Below the pieces are notes generated by a model. It did not search any database. It worked only from the letters and a program-made list of their open reading frames with translations, and was not told the origin of the DNA. Of a stretch of DNA of 64,000 bases, positions 21,055 through 30,378 are shown in pieces. Position 1 is the stretch's first letter. Each line of letters opens with the position of its first letter. The stretch comes from Smithellaceae bacterium. GTDB lineage: Bacteria > Desulfobacterota > Syntrophia > Syntrophales > Smithellaceae. Location of the stretch: contig CAXXVL010000002.1 in NCBI GenBank assembly GCA_963667845.2, forward strand, positions 160,001 to 224,000. Reading direction: 5' to 3'. A program made the translations under genes and the position numbers.

Positions 21055-22557
21055 CTACATCTTGCGCAGTTCTTTTTTGAGGATCTTGCCAACCAGTGTT
21101 TTGGGCATCGCCGCGAGGATGACCACCTCTTTCGGGACAAAGAATTTCTTCAGCTTGCCCCTGCAGTATTCCAAAATCTCGCCGGCCGTCGCCGCCTGGC
21201 CGGCCCTGAGCGTGACAAAGGCTTTGATCTCTTCGCCGTAAACCTTGTCTTTGATGCCGATGACGGATGCTTCGGACACGGCCTCGTGCGCATAAAGGAC
21301 TTCTTCAATGACCCGCGGCGAAATGTTTTCGCCGCCCTTGATGATGATGTCTTTCTTGCGGTCGGTGATATAGAAATAGCCGTCTTTGTCCACGTAGCCG
21401 ATATCGCCCGTGTGCAGCCAGCCATTGACGACCACTTCCGCCGTCGCCTCGGGCATCTTCCAGTACCCTTTCATGACCATCGGGCCCCGCAAAACGATTT
21501 CGCCTTCCTGACCCTGGGGTAATTCCCGGTCGCTTCCGTCAAAGATCTTCATTTCCATGCCCTTCATCGGTTTGCCGATGGAACCGGGCTTGATGAGGAA
21601 TTGGCCGACATTGGTCGCGTTGTTGGCGCCCGCTTCCGTGAGCCCCCATCCCTCGGCGATTTGGGCTCCGAATTTTTCCTTGAACTGCTTCCAGGTATCA
21701 AGCGACAGGGGTGCGGAGCCGCAGACCCAGTATTTAACGGAGCTGATGTCGTACTTCGCATAGTCCGGAAACATCAGCATGTAAACGATCATGGTGGGGA
21801 CAATAGGAACGGACTGAACCTTATACTTGTCGATACTGGCAAAGACCTGTTCCAGATTGAACTGCCGCAAAATAGCAACTTTTCCGTTGAGGCGCAAAAA
21901 CGATCCGTTCATCATGGAAACGCCGAAGGAATGGCAAAGCGGCAGCATGGCCATCGAAACCAGATCCTGCGGAAGGTTGGTGGCTTCCTGCTGCATCCGC
22001 GCGGAATAGGCAAGTCCCGCATGGGTCAGCATGACGCCCTTGGGCGTGCCGGTCGTGCCGGAGGTGTAAATCATGGTCGCGACATCATCGTCGGCAGTTT
22101 GGACCATTACGAGATCTTCGGAGCCTTGGGCGAGAAGCTTCGCAAAATTATGCGTCCCTTCAATATCTTTATCGGAAACCACGACGATATTTTTTACGGC
22201 GCCCGATTTGGACTGAGCGGTCCTGACCTTATCCAGGTACTCCGGCGTGGTAATAACGGTGTGAACGTCGCTGTCTTGGTAAATGTAATTGATCTCTTCC
22301 TGGCCCACCAGGTAATTAATCGGCAATGCGATCGCGCCTAGCCGCCAGATCGCCTGAAATGCCTGAAAGACTTCCGGACAGTTCTGCATCTGCATAATGA
22401 CCCGGTCGCCGCGGGAGACACCCAGTTCCATAAGCGCATTACCAAATTTTCGGGCCGAGCGGTCCATCTGGACATTGGTAATTTCGCGGCCCTCAAAAAT
22501 GTAACTGACGTGCTCGCCCACTGCCAGGCTCTTCAAGGCCAATTCTGCAATATTCAT
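21055..22557 (-). CDS. AMP-forming long-chain acyl-CoA ligase
   Basis: YTSGTTGTPKG, EGWGLTE, GWLHTGDIG, RKKDIIIKGGENI and MPKTLVGKILK. Confidence 0.93.
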   Translation of the reverse strand: MNIAELALKSLAVGEHVSYIFEGREITNVQMDRSARKFGNALMELGVSRGDRVIMQMQNCPEVFQAFQAIWRLGAIALPINYLVGQEEINYIYQDSDVHTVITTPEYLDKVRTAQSKSGAVKNIVVVSDKDIEGTHNFAKLLAQGSEDLVMVQTADDDVATMIYTSGTTGTPKGVMLTHAGLAYSARMQQEATNLPQDLVSMAMLPLCHSFGVSMMNGSFLRLNGKVAILRQFNLEQVFASIDKYKVQSVPIVPTMIVYMLMFPDYAKYDISSVKYWVCGSAPLSLDTWKQFKEKFGAQIAEGWGLTEAGANNATNVGQFLIKPGSIGKPMKGMEMKIFDGSDRELPQGQEGEIVLRGPMVMKGYWKMPEATAEVVVNGWLHTGDIGYVDKDGYFYITDRKKDIIIKGGENISPRVIEEVLYAHEAVSEASVIGIKDKVYGEEIKAFVTLRAGQAATAGEILEYCRGKLKKFFVPKEVVILAAMPKTLVGKILKKELRKM

Positions 22558-22660
22558 CCCGAAGCCTCCTCAATGTATTCAAAGCGATTAAATCGTTATC
22601 GCCGATCTTTCCACTTTTGCACGATTACCCCTGTATACAAACGAAACACCAATTTCCTCT

Positions 22661-23662
22661 TTACGGGTCGATGACGGGCTGCCGCCTCAGGTACTGCGGT
22701 ATTTCAGCAATCTGCGATGCCGGCCTTGCTCTCAAAAGATGGCCGGGCAAAGCCACTCCGGCCATTTTTTCCGCCAGGCGGGCGCAGTCCAGAAGCCCCT
22801 CGAGATTGATGCCCGTTTTGATGCCCATTTCCTCAAACAAATGCACCAGGTCTTCGGTCGGTACGTTCCAGTAGCCGATGTCCAGTTCGGCAACCCCATA
22901 AGGCGTTGCGCTCATGCCGCAAAGCGATGTATCGAAAATGCGGATGCCCGCCTCGTAGGCGGCCATGCAGTTGGCGATGGCCGCGCCCCGCGTGTTATGA
23001 AAATGAACGGCCAGGTTGATCCCGAGCTGCAAATCCAGGAGCCTGCGGATCGTCGATTTGACCGTCTTAGGATTGGCCATCCCCGTGGAATCATGAAGCA
23101 CGATCTCGGATGCGCCCATGTAACCGAGCTTCAGCAGCAACTGCGCGAGGTCATCAGGGCTGATCCTGCCGCTGTAAGGGCAGCCGAAAGCCATCATGAT
23201 ATACACCCGGATGCTCCGTGCGTTGGCAACCGCCGCGTCCAGGACGGCGGGCAGCATCTTATTGAGACTTTCCTTAAGCGGCCGGCCAAGGTTCAGTCTA
23301 TTGAACGTATCGCTTGCGGCCAGCACAATCAGGATCTCGTCAATCTGGGTGACAACCGCGCGCCGGCAGCCGATTTCATTGGGAACAAGCCCCACATAGG
23401 TTACGTCCGGTTTCTTGGTAATTCCTTTGATCAGTTTTTCCGCATCATATCCTTCCGGCATCAGACGGGGATGGGTAAAGGAGGCGCATTCGATCTTATG
23501 CAGGCCGGTATCCGACAGCCGGTTGATGTAGTCTATTTTATCCTGGGTCGACAGGCTGTCACAGACTTCCGGCAGACCATCCCGCGGCGATACTTCCACG
23601 ATCGTGACCTGGTTATCTCTCTTCCTGGCAGTCCTGACCGCCGGCGAAACACCACTTAACAT
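22661..23662 (-). CDS. HMG-CoA lyase family (DRE-TIM) protein with atypical active-site loop
   Basis: EVSPRDGL, AFGCPY, DSTGMANP, HFHNTRG and NVPTEDL. The usual GGCPY loop reads SATPY. Confidence 0.85.
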   Translation of the reverse strand: MLSGVSPAVRTARKRDNQVTIVEVSPRDGLPEVCDSLSTQDKIDYINRLSDTGLHKIECASFTHPRLMPEGYDAEKLIKGITKKPDVTYVGLVPNEIGCRRAVVTQIDEILIVLAASDTFNRLNLGRPLKESLNKMLPAVLDAAVANARSIRVYIMMAFGCPYSGRISPDDLAQLLLKLGYMGASEIVLHDSTGMANPKTVKSTIRRLLDLQLGINLAVHFHNTRGAAIANCMAAYEAGIRIFDTSLCGMSATPYGVAELDIGYWNVPTEDLVHLFEEMGIKTGINLEGLLDCARLAEKMAGVALPGHLLRARPASQIAEIPQYLRRQPVIDP

Positions 23663-23886
23663 TGTTGCTTGAGCTCCGAACTAAGATTTCCTGCAACTAA
23701 TGCATAAGTCATTCCAGCCGCGCGGGGCCCTCGTTCGGCTCCGAAACCTTCCGTTCAAAAAACCCGAACCGCACTTTGGTGCCCATAATCCTTATATTCC
23801 GTGACGCCCCCTTGTTCTTCCGAATTTTCTTCATCCTTAACCTTGTAATGCAATTGTTTATGAAATATACTGTATTCCACAAATGA

Positions 23887-23903
23887 TGTATATAATAAAT
23901 ACA
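23887..23903. promoter_or_regulatory. Putative upstream activator sequence TGT-N11-ACA
   Basis: TGTATATAATAAATACA, 16/17 identical to 27222-27238, ~135 bp upstream of a sigma-54 promoter. Confidence 0.6.
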
Positions 23904-24037
23904 AATTTATCAGACATAAGACTGCGGACCGCGCCGGACAATCCGTCTTTAGCAGAAGTCCCGGCGATCTGCAAAGACTGAAAGCTTATGTATTTTAAAA
24001 AGTTTTTTGCGGATTATTCCGATCAAAAAAACCCGAC

Positions 24038-24053
24038 TGGTATGTTATTTGCT
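24038..24053 (+). promoter_or_regulatory. Sigma-54 -24/-12 promoter
   Basis: TGGTATGTTATTTGCT with GG-N10-GC spacing, ~46 bp before the ATG at 24100. Confidence 0.72.
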
Positions 24054-24099
24054 ATGGTGGTCGGGTAAAAATATAAATGCCGGCAGTAAGGATGTACCC

Positions 24100-25527
24100 A
24101 TGAAAGACACAAGAAAGATTTCCGCCCGCCCTATCAAAATTCAGGATAATACGTTCCGCGACGGACATCAGTCCATCTACGCCACAAGGATGAAAACGGA
24201 AGATATGATTCCGATCGCCGAAGAAATGGATAACTGCGGCTTCTGGGCCATGGAGGTCTGGGGAGGCGCAACGTTTGACACCATGCACCGGTTCCTCAAT
24301 GAGGACCCGTGGATGCGGCCGAAGATTCTCAAACGATATGTCAAGAAAACGCCCTTCAGCATGCTGCTGCGCGGGCAGAATCTGGTCGGCTACCGGCATT
24401 ATGCGGATGACGTGGTGCGTGCCTTTGTCGATAAGTCCTGCGAAATCGGGATTGATATCTTCCGCTGCTTTGATGCGCTCAACGATTTTCGCAACATCGA
24501 AACCTGCGTGGAAAGAATCAAGGCCAACGGCAAGCACTTTGAAGGAACGGTTTGTTATTCGCTTACGGAAAGCCGCCTGGGCGGGGACATCTATACGCTG
24601 GATTTTTACGTGGCCAAAGCCAAAGAGCTGGAACGCATGGGCGCCGATACCATCTGTATCAAAGACATGGCCGGCCTCCTGTCCCCCTACGACGCGTTTG
24701 ATCTGTTCACCGCGCTTAAAAAAGAGATCAAGGTTCCCCTGCATCTGCACACGCATTACACCAGCGGCATGGGCAGCATGTCGTACCTGAAGGCCGTGGA
24801 AGCCGGCGTGGATATTATTGATACCTGCCTCGCACCCTTTGCACTGCGCACATCAATGCCCGCCTGCGAATCGATCGTTGCGGCTTTCCAGGGAACCGAC
24901 CGGGATTCCGGGATCGATATCCTCGCCCTGCTGAAACTGAGCGAACATCTGGAGACCATCGCCCCGAAGTATAAGCACCTGCTCGCGGATCACAAGCTGT
25001 CCATTATCGACAACAGCGTTCTGGCGCATCAGATTCCAGGCGGCATGATTTCCAATTTGATAAGCCAGCTCAAAGAGATGAAGGCGCTCGACAAAATCAA
25101 TGACATCTATAAAGAGGTTGTCCGGACGCGCAAGGACATGGGCTATCCGCCACTCGTGACGCCGGCATCGCAGATTATCGGTTCACAGGCCGTACTTAAT
25201 GTTCTTTTCGGCCGGTACGTCCGCATCTCCAACCAGCTCAAAGACCTCGTCCTGGGCCTCTACGGCAGGACCCCGGCGCCGATCGATCCGGAGCTCACCA
25301 AAAAAATATTGAAGAATTATAAGCGCGGCCAGGAACCGATCACCGGCCGGCCGGCCGATGAACTTCCCCCGGAGATAGAAGAGGCCAGGAAAACAATCGG
25401 CCATCTCGCGCGGACCAAAGAAGATCTGCTGGGATGGATTTTGTTCCCCCAGACGATGGAGAAATATCTGCAGGCAAAATACGGGGTCGATTCACCGGTG
25501 AGCTTAGGTGCGCCGGGCAATGCTTGA
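24100..25527 (+). CDS. Pyruvate/oxaloacetate carboxyltransferase (PycB/OadA/transcarboxylase 5S-like) without biotinyl domain
   Basis: TFRDGHQS, EVWGGATFD, MLLRGQNLVGYRHY, IKDMAG, HTH, HQIPGGM and GYPPLVTP. No EAMKM biotinylation motif. Confidence 0.9.
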   Translation: MKDTRKISARPIKIQDNTFRDGHQSIYATRMKTEDMIPIAEEMDNCGFWAMEVWGGATFDTMHRFLNEDPWMRPKILKRYVKKTPFSMLLRGQNLVGYRHYADDVVRAFVDKSCEIGIDIFRCFDALNDFRNIETCVERIKANGKHFEGTVCYSLTESRLGGDIYTLDFYVAKAKELERMGADTICIKDMAGLLSPYDAFDLFTALKKEIKVPLHLHTHYTSGMGSMSYLKAVEAGVDIIDTCLAPFALRTSMPACESIVAAFQGTDRDSGIDILALLKLSEHLETIAPKYKHLLADHKLSIIDNSVLAHQIPGGMISNLISQLKEMKALDKINDIYKEVVRTRKDMGYPPLVTPASQIIGSQAVLNVLFGRYVRISNQLKDLVLGLYGRTPAPIDPELTKKILKNYKRGQEPITGRPADELPPEIEEARKTIGHLARTKEDLLGWILFPQTMEKYLQAKYGVDSPVSLGAPGNA

Positions 25528-25533
25528 TAAAAA

Positions 25534-27189
25534 ATGAAAGAGGATATGATGAAAATGAATAACGGCTGTCATGACAAAGCGCTGCGAGGCGTTGAAATAC
25601 TTCACGACCCCAGTCTGAATAAGGGAACGGCCTTCACGGCTCTCGAGCGCGACGAGCTGGGCCTGCATGGATTGCTTCCACCGCGCATCTCGTCTCAGAA
25701 GCAGCAGGTCGAACACGTGATGTACAACGTTCGCCGCAAGCCCAACAACCTGGAGAGCTATCTCTATCTGATCGGTTTGCAGGACCGCAATGAACATCTG
25801 TTTTATAAAGCACTCGTGGATCACCTCGAAGAGCTCAGTCCCATCGTCTATACGCCGACTGTGGGCCTGGCCTGCCAGGAATACAGCCATATTTATCGCC
25901 GGCCCCGCGGGCTGTTCATTACCCGGTATGACCGCGGGCATATCAAAGGCGTTCTGAAAAACTGGCCCTGCAAGAATGTCCGCGTTATCGTCGTTACGGA
26001 CGGTGAACGCATCCTGGGCCTGGGTGATCTGGGAACCAACGGAATGGGAATCCCCGTGGGGAAATTGTCACTTTATACGGCCTGCGCCGGCATTGATCCG
26101 CAGGCCTGCCTGCCCGTCATGATCGATGTCGGAACCAACAACAGCGAGTTGTGGAGTGATCCCCAGTATCTCGGGTTGCCGGAGCCCAGGCTGGAAGACG
26201 GCGCCTATGACGAACTGATCGATGAATTCATGGAGGGGGCAAGCGAGATCTTCCCCCACGTGATGATCCAACTCGAGGATTTCGGCAATCGGAATGCTTT
26301 CCGGCTCTTGGCCCGGTATCAGGATCAATACTGCATGTTCGACGATGACATCCAGGGCACCGCCAGTGTCGCCCTGGCCGGACTCTATTCCGCCCTGCGT
26401 ATGATCAAAGGCAAACTGTCCGAGCAGCGGATTTTGTTCTTTGGCGCGGGCGAAGCGGCTCTGGGCATCGGCAGCCTCGTGGCCACCGCAATGGTCAACC
26501 AGGGCCTCTCCGAGGAAGAGGCCGTCGGCCGGTGCTGGTTTGTCGATTCCAAGGGTCTCGTCGTGGCCGGCCGTGAGGATCTCGCCCATCACAAACGTCG
26601 TTTTGCCCATGATTTTCCTTTCCATCGGAATCTGCTGGACGTGGTCGAAGCGATAAAGCCTTCGGCTATCATCGGCGCGTCGGGACAATCCGCAACCTTT
26701 ACGCCGGAGATACTGGCGGCGATGGCCCGCTTAAACGACCGTCCGATTGTCTTTGCACTTTCCAATCCGACCTCTAAGGCGGAGTGCACGGCCGAAGACG
26801 CCTATCTTCATACAGGCGGACGCGCCGTCTTTGCGAGCGGGAGTCCATTCCCGCAGGTGGAGCAAAACGGCCGGACCTTTGTGCCGGGCCAGGCCAATAA
26901 TGTCTATATTTTCCCCGGCGTCGGTCTGGGAGTCATGGCCGCGGAAGCGAACCGGGTGACGGACGAGATGTTCTCCGCGGCAGCCAAGTGTCTCGACGAA
27001 CAGGTATCGAAGGACGACTTTGCCCAGGGGCGGATTTTTCCGTCGCTGACACGGATCCGCGAGGTCTCGGCCGCGATCGCGCTGGCCGTCGCCAAAGTCG
27101 CTTTTGCCCGCAAACTGACAGCGATCGCGGAACCGCCCAATTTGCCAGGCTATATCAGGGCCAAGATGTACGACCCGACCTATCGGTAG
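25534..27189 (+). CDS. maeA: Malic enzyme (large MaeA/SfcA-type); true start may be 25546-25555
   Basis: NKGTAF, PIVYTPTVG, VTDGERILGLGDLG, DDIQGTA, GAGEA, LSNPT and ASGSPF. Confidence 0.93.
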   Translation: MKEDMMKMNNGCHDKALRGVEILHDPSLNKGTAFTALERDELGLHGLLPPRISSQKQQVEHVMYNVRRKPNNLESYLYLIGLQDRNEHLFYKALVDHLEELSPIVYTPTVGLACQEYSHIYRRPRGLFITRYDRGHIKGVLKNWPCKNVRVIVVTDGERILGLGDLGTNGMGIPVGKLSLYTACAGIDPQACLPVMIDVGTNNSELWSDPQYLGLPEPRLEDGAYDELIDEFMEGASEIFPHVMIQLEDFGNRNAFRLLARYQDQYCMFDDDIQGTASVALAGLYSALRMIKGKLSEQRILFFGAGEAALGIGSLVATAMVNQGLSEEEAVGRCWFVDSKGLVVAGREDLAHHKRRFAHDFPFHRNLLDVVEAIKPSAIIGASGQSATFTPEILAAMARLNDRPIVFALSNPTSKAECTAEDAYLHTGGRAVFASGSPFPQVEQNGRTFVPGQANNVYIFPGVGLGVMAAEANRVTDEMFSAAAKCLDEQVSKDDFAQGRIFPSLTRIREVSAAIALAVAKVAFARKLTAIAEPPNLPGYIRAKMYDPTYR

Positions 27190-27221
27190 TTTCCAAAAAC
27201 AGCAAGGCTCTTGCAGGGAAC

Positions 27222-27238
27222 TGTATACAATAAATACA
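27222..27238. promoter_or_regulatory. Putative upstream activator sequence TGT-N11-ACA
   Basis: TGTATACAATAAATACA, ~130 bp upstream of the sigma-54 promoter at 27369. Matches 23887-23903. Confidence 0.6.
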
Positions 27239-27368
27239 TGCAGCGCGCGTCAGTGCAGTTTTGAAAAATGGGGCGCCCAAAACCGCTAGTTGCATAACAT
27301 GCCTATATCATTAATACTTTCAGCATAAACCTTCTGCCGCGAGCAGCTTCTCTGCAAAAAAAACATGA

Positions 27369-27384
27369 TGGCATTGTAATTGCT
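27369..27384 (+). promoter_or_regulatory. Sigma-54 -24/-12 promoter
   Basis: TGGCATTGTAATTGCT, near consensus, GG-N10-GC. Confidence 0.78.
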
Positions 27385-27535
27385 ATACATGTTGCACAGG
27401 AAACGAATGCAAAAAAATATAGTCAAACAAATGGATGAAGGGTATAAAGAAACGCGGATTTCCCGTCGTCTTTTCCCTCATCGCAGCATGAGTTGATGAT
27501 TCGTCACTGCTAAAAGAAAAATCGCCGGGGCGGCG

Positions 27536-27693
27536 AATCAACCACCGCGCAGCAAGCTGCGGAGAATTAATGCTCGTCCCGCGTGGGCGGGAATCAGCCA
27601 CCCCGCACCGAACTCGCGAGGTATGAAATGAACGTCATTATTTCGCAGCAAGCTGCGGAGAATTAACGCTCGTCCCGCGTGGGCGGGATCAAA
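27536..27693 (+). repeat. Dispersed palindromic element, short and long unit in tandem
   Basis: AATCAACCACC-GCAGCAAGCTGC-GGAGAATTAA(C/T)GCTCGTCCCGCGTGGGCGGGA occurs twice. Same family as 46992, 48499 and 50770. Confidence 0.85.
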
Positions 27694-27733
27694 CACAATA
27701 AAAGAGTTCATAAAATTTATAAGAGGTGTGAAT

Positions 27734-29002
27734 ATGGAAAATGTTGTTTTTATCAGTTCGGCGCGTACACCGATCGGTGCGTACGGCGGAGCGCTCAGGG
27801 ATGTTCCGATTTACCGGCTGGGCAGCCTCGTTCTCGCCGAGGCCGTGAAAAAAGCCGGCATCGACCCGGCAACGGTTGATGATGTCATCATGGGCTCGGC
27901 CTACCAGAACGGCGAGTGCGCCAACGGCGCGCGGATGGCCGTCCTGGACGCGGGCTGGGTGGATACCGTACCGGGCGTCATGCTCGACCGGCGCTGCTGC
28001 TCGGGACTGGAATCCATTTTTTACGGGGCCATGAAAATCCAGACGGGCAATGCCGACATCGTCATCGCCGGCGGCATGGAATCGATGAGCCAGGGCGAGC
28101 TCTATATCCCCGGCGACATCAAGTGGGGACTGGGCGGCAAAAACCACGAGAAGTACGGCTTTATGCCCCGCGGGCATGGCGCACTGGCGATGTGGGGGAT
28201 TCCCTTCTATGACCGGCTGCAGCGCGGCCGCGTGATGTCTCAGCCGATCGCCCGCTACGGCGAGTTGAGCTCGATGATGACCTGGGCGGAAACCGCGGCC
28301 AAAAATGAGAAAATCACCCGCGAAGAGGCCGACCGCTGGGCGCTGCGTTCGCATCAGCGCGCCATTCACGCCCAGGACGCGGGCAAGTTTGTAGACGAGA
28401 TCGTACCCATCGCGACGGGCAAGGATAAGAAGACCGGTGAAACGCTTTACCTCAAAACCGACGAAGGACCTCGCCGCGAAACAACGCTCGAAAAACTGGC
28501 TAAGCTCAAACCCGTCTACAAGGGCGGCGTCTGCACGGCCGGCAACTCTTCGTCGGAAAACGACGGTGCGGCGGTGGTGATCATGGCCTCGGAATCCAAA
28601 GCCAAAGCCCTGGGCATCAAGCCGCTGGCTTATTACCGCTCCTGCGCGGTGGCGGCAACGGACCCGACGCTCACCTATCCTGCCGTTCCGGCAGCGGTGG
28701 ATAAAGCCCTGAAGAAAATCGGCGCGACGATCAACCAGATGGACCTCATTGAAGTCCAGGAGGCCTTTGCCGTTCAATGCCTGGCGGATTCGAGACTTGC
28801 CGGTCTTTCCGACGAACAGATGGACGCGAAAGTTAACGTGAATGGATCGGGCATTTCGCTCGGGCATCCGATCGGGGCAACCGGAGCCATGCGGCTCACC
28901 ACGCTGATCAACGAAATGGTGCGCTCCGACAAACGTTTCGGTCTGGAAACCATTTGCGGCGGCGGCGGCCAGGGAATATGTATGGTTATCGAGCGTAAGT
29001 AA
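27734..29002 (+). CDS. Thiolase family protein
   Basis: ARTPIG, DRRCCSG, TAGNSS, QEAFA (NEAF variant), GHPIGATG and ICGGGGQG. GAGGTG RBS. Confidence 0.93.
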   Translation: MENVVFISSARTPIGAYGGALRDVPIYRLGSLVLAEAVKKAGIDPATVDDVIMGSAYQNGECANGARMAVLDAGWVDTVPGVMLDRRCCSGLESIFYGAMKIQTGNADIVIAGGMESMSQGELYIPGDIKWGLGGKNHEKYGFMPRGHGALAMWGIPFYDRLQRGRVMSQPIARYGELSSMMTWAETAAKNEKITREEADRWALRSHQRAIHAQDAGKFVDEIVPIATGKDKKTGETLYLKTDEGPRRETTLEKLAKLKPVYKGGVCTAGNSSSENDGAAVVIMASESKAKALGIKPLAYYRSCAVAATDPTLTYPAVPAAVDKALKKIGATINQMDLIEVQEAFAVQCLADSRLAGLSDEQMDAKVNVNGSGISLGHPIGATGAMRLTTLINEMVRSDKRFGLETICGGGGQGICMVIERK

Positions 29003-29010
29003 AATTATTC

Positions 29011-29079
29011 GCAGGAAACGGTCGCGACCGTTCCCTACTACAGATTGCCACGGCGCCTGAGAGGCGCCTCGCAATGACA
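29011..29079 (-). repeat. Two adjacent REP-like palindromes
   Basis: Minus strand reads TGTCATTGCGAGGCGCC-TCTCA-GGCGCCGTGGCAATCT, then GTAGGGAACGGTCGCGACCGTTTCCTGC (GTAG-led hairpin). Confidence 0.7.
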
Positions 29080-29109
29080 ACATAACAACAGTCCAGGAGG
29101 AAAAGGGAT

Positions 29110-30267
29110 ATGGATTTTGCATTAACAGACGAACAAAGAATGATTCAGGATACGGCAAAGAACTTTGCCGAAAAAGAAATCGCACCGCACGTCGAAGAAG
29201 ACGAAAAGAATCATTTCTGGCGTAAGGCAATCTTTGACAAGATGGCCGAACTGGGATTCTTCGGCTTCTGCATCGACGAGAAATACGGCGGGAACGGCAT
29301 GGGCTTTCTCGAAGGTGCGCTGGCCATCGAGCAGATCGCCAAGGTTCATACCTCCTGGCGCATGGCCTTCAACATGCAGTGCTGGGGCCCGGCACTGACA
29401 ATTCAGAAATTCGGCACGGAAGAACAGAAGCAGCAGTACATTCCCAAATTCGTCAACGGCGAATACATCGGCAGCTTTGCCATGACCGAACCCGATATCG
29501 GATCGGATGTCGCCTCGATGAAGACCTTCGCGGAGGACAAAGGAGATTACTACCTTTTAAACGGCAACAAGATGTGGATCACCAACGGCACCGTCTGCAA
29601 CCACGGTCTGCTCTATGTAAAAACAGACAAGGACGCGGGCGCCAACGGTGTGAGCTGCTTCATCATGGACTACAGCCTGCCCGGCATCACGCGCAAAAAG
29701 ATCAACGAGAAAGTCGGCCTCTGGGCGTCCGACACGGCCGAACTGACTTTTGAAGATGTCAAAGTTCCCAAGCATCTTCTCCTAGGAAAACTCAACAAGG
29801 GATTCCAGATCTGCATGACCCAGTTAAACGCGACGCGCCTGGGATGCTCTTCGGGTGCGGTGGGCCTCTCCGGCGCGATCCTCGACGCCTGCGCGAAGTA
29901 CGCAACGGAACGTACCCAGTTCGGCAAGCAGATCGGCCGGTATCAGCTCATTCAGCAGCAGGTCGCCGAGATGAAAATGAACCATGCCGCGGCCCAGGCG
30001 CTGATTTACAAGGCCGCGTGGCTCAAGGACAAGGGACTCCCCAACGTCATGGAAACTTCCATGTCCAAGCTCTTTTCCGCCAAGACCGTCGTCCATGACG
30101 CAAACGAGGCGATGAAGCTCTACGGCTCTTTCGGCTACTCCGACGAATACCCATGCGGCCGCTTCCTGCGTGACTCCAAGCAGTTCGAAACCCTGGAGGG
30201 AACGTCCAACATGCATACGATGATTATCGCCAACGCCGCGATGGGATTTGCCCCGAACCGGGCTTAA
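29110..30267 (+). CDS. Acyl-CoA dehydrogenase, probably glutaryl-CoA dehydrogenase (non-decarboxylating, glutaconyl-CoA-forming)
   Basis: ACAD motifs FAMTEPDIGSD, ERTQFGKQIG and GYSDEYP..RD..EGT. Specificity is inferred from adjacency to gcdA and recalled resemblance to non-decarboxylating enzymes. Confidence 0.75.
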   Translation: MDFALTDEQRMIQDTAKNFAEKEIAPHVEEDEKNHFWRKAIFDKMAELGFFGFCIDEKYGGNGMGFLEGALAIEQIAKVHTSWRMAFNMQCWGPALTIQKFGTEEQKQQYIPKFVNGEYIGSFAMTEPDIGSDVASMKTFAEDKGDYYLLNGNKMWITNGTVCNHGLLYVKTDKDAGANGVSCFIMDYSLPGITRKKINEKVGLWASDTAELTFEDVKVPKHLLLGKLNKGFQICMTQLNATRLGCSSGAVGLSGAILDACAKYATERTQFGKQIGRYQLIQQQVAEMKMNHAAAQALIYKAAWLKDKGLPNVMETSMSKLFSAKTVVHDANEAMKLYGSFGYSDEYPCGRFLRDSKQFETLEGTSNMHTMIIANAAMGFAPNRA

Positions 30268-30294
30268 TCGATCCACAGTGTGGTTTGAGTATTG

Positions 30295-30327
30295 CAGGCG
30301 CGGCGGCAAAAATTGCCGCCGCGCCTG
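30295..30327. other. Perfect GC-rich intergenic hairpin
   Basis: CAGGCGCGGCGGCAA-AAA-TTGCCGCCGCGCCTG between the dehydrogenase and gcdA. Confidence 0.6.
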
Positions 30328-30378
30328 TTCATCGTTAACGAGATCTCTATTTTATCTTAAAAAATAACGGGAGCGTGT

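Noticed and set aside
22632..22648. Third TGT-N11-ACA (TGTATACAAACGAAACA)
   Set aside because: Weaker match with no canonical sigma-54 promoter at the matching distance. It overlaps a non-canonical minus-strand TGG-N10-GT, so it is left uncalled.
27536..27693. Tandem repeats as a mini CRISPR array
   Set aside because: Only two units, the intervening sequence recurs in dispersed copies, and there are no cas genes.
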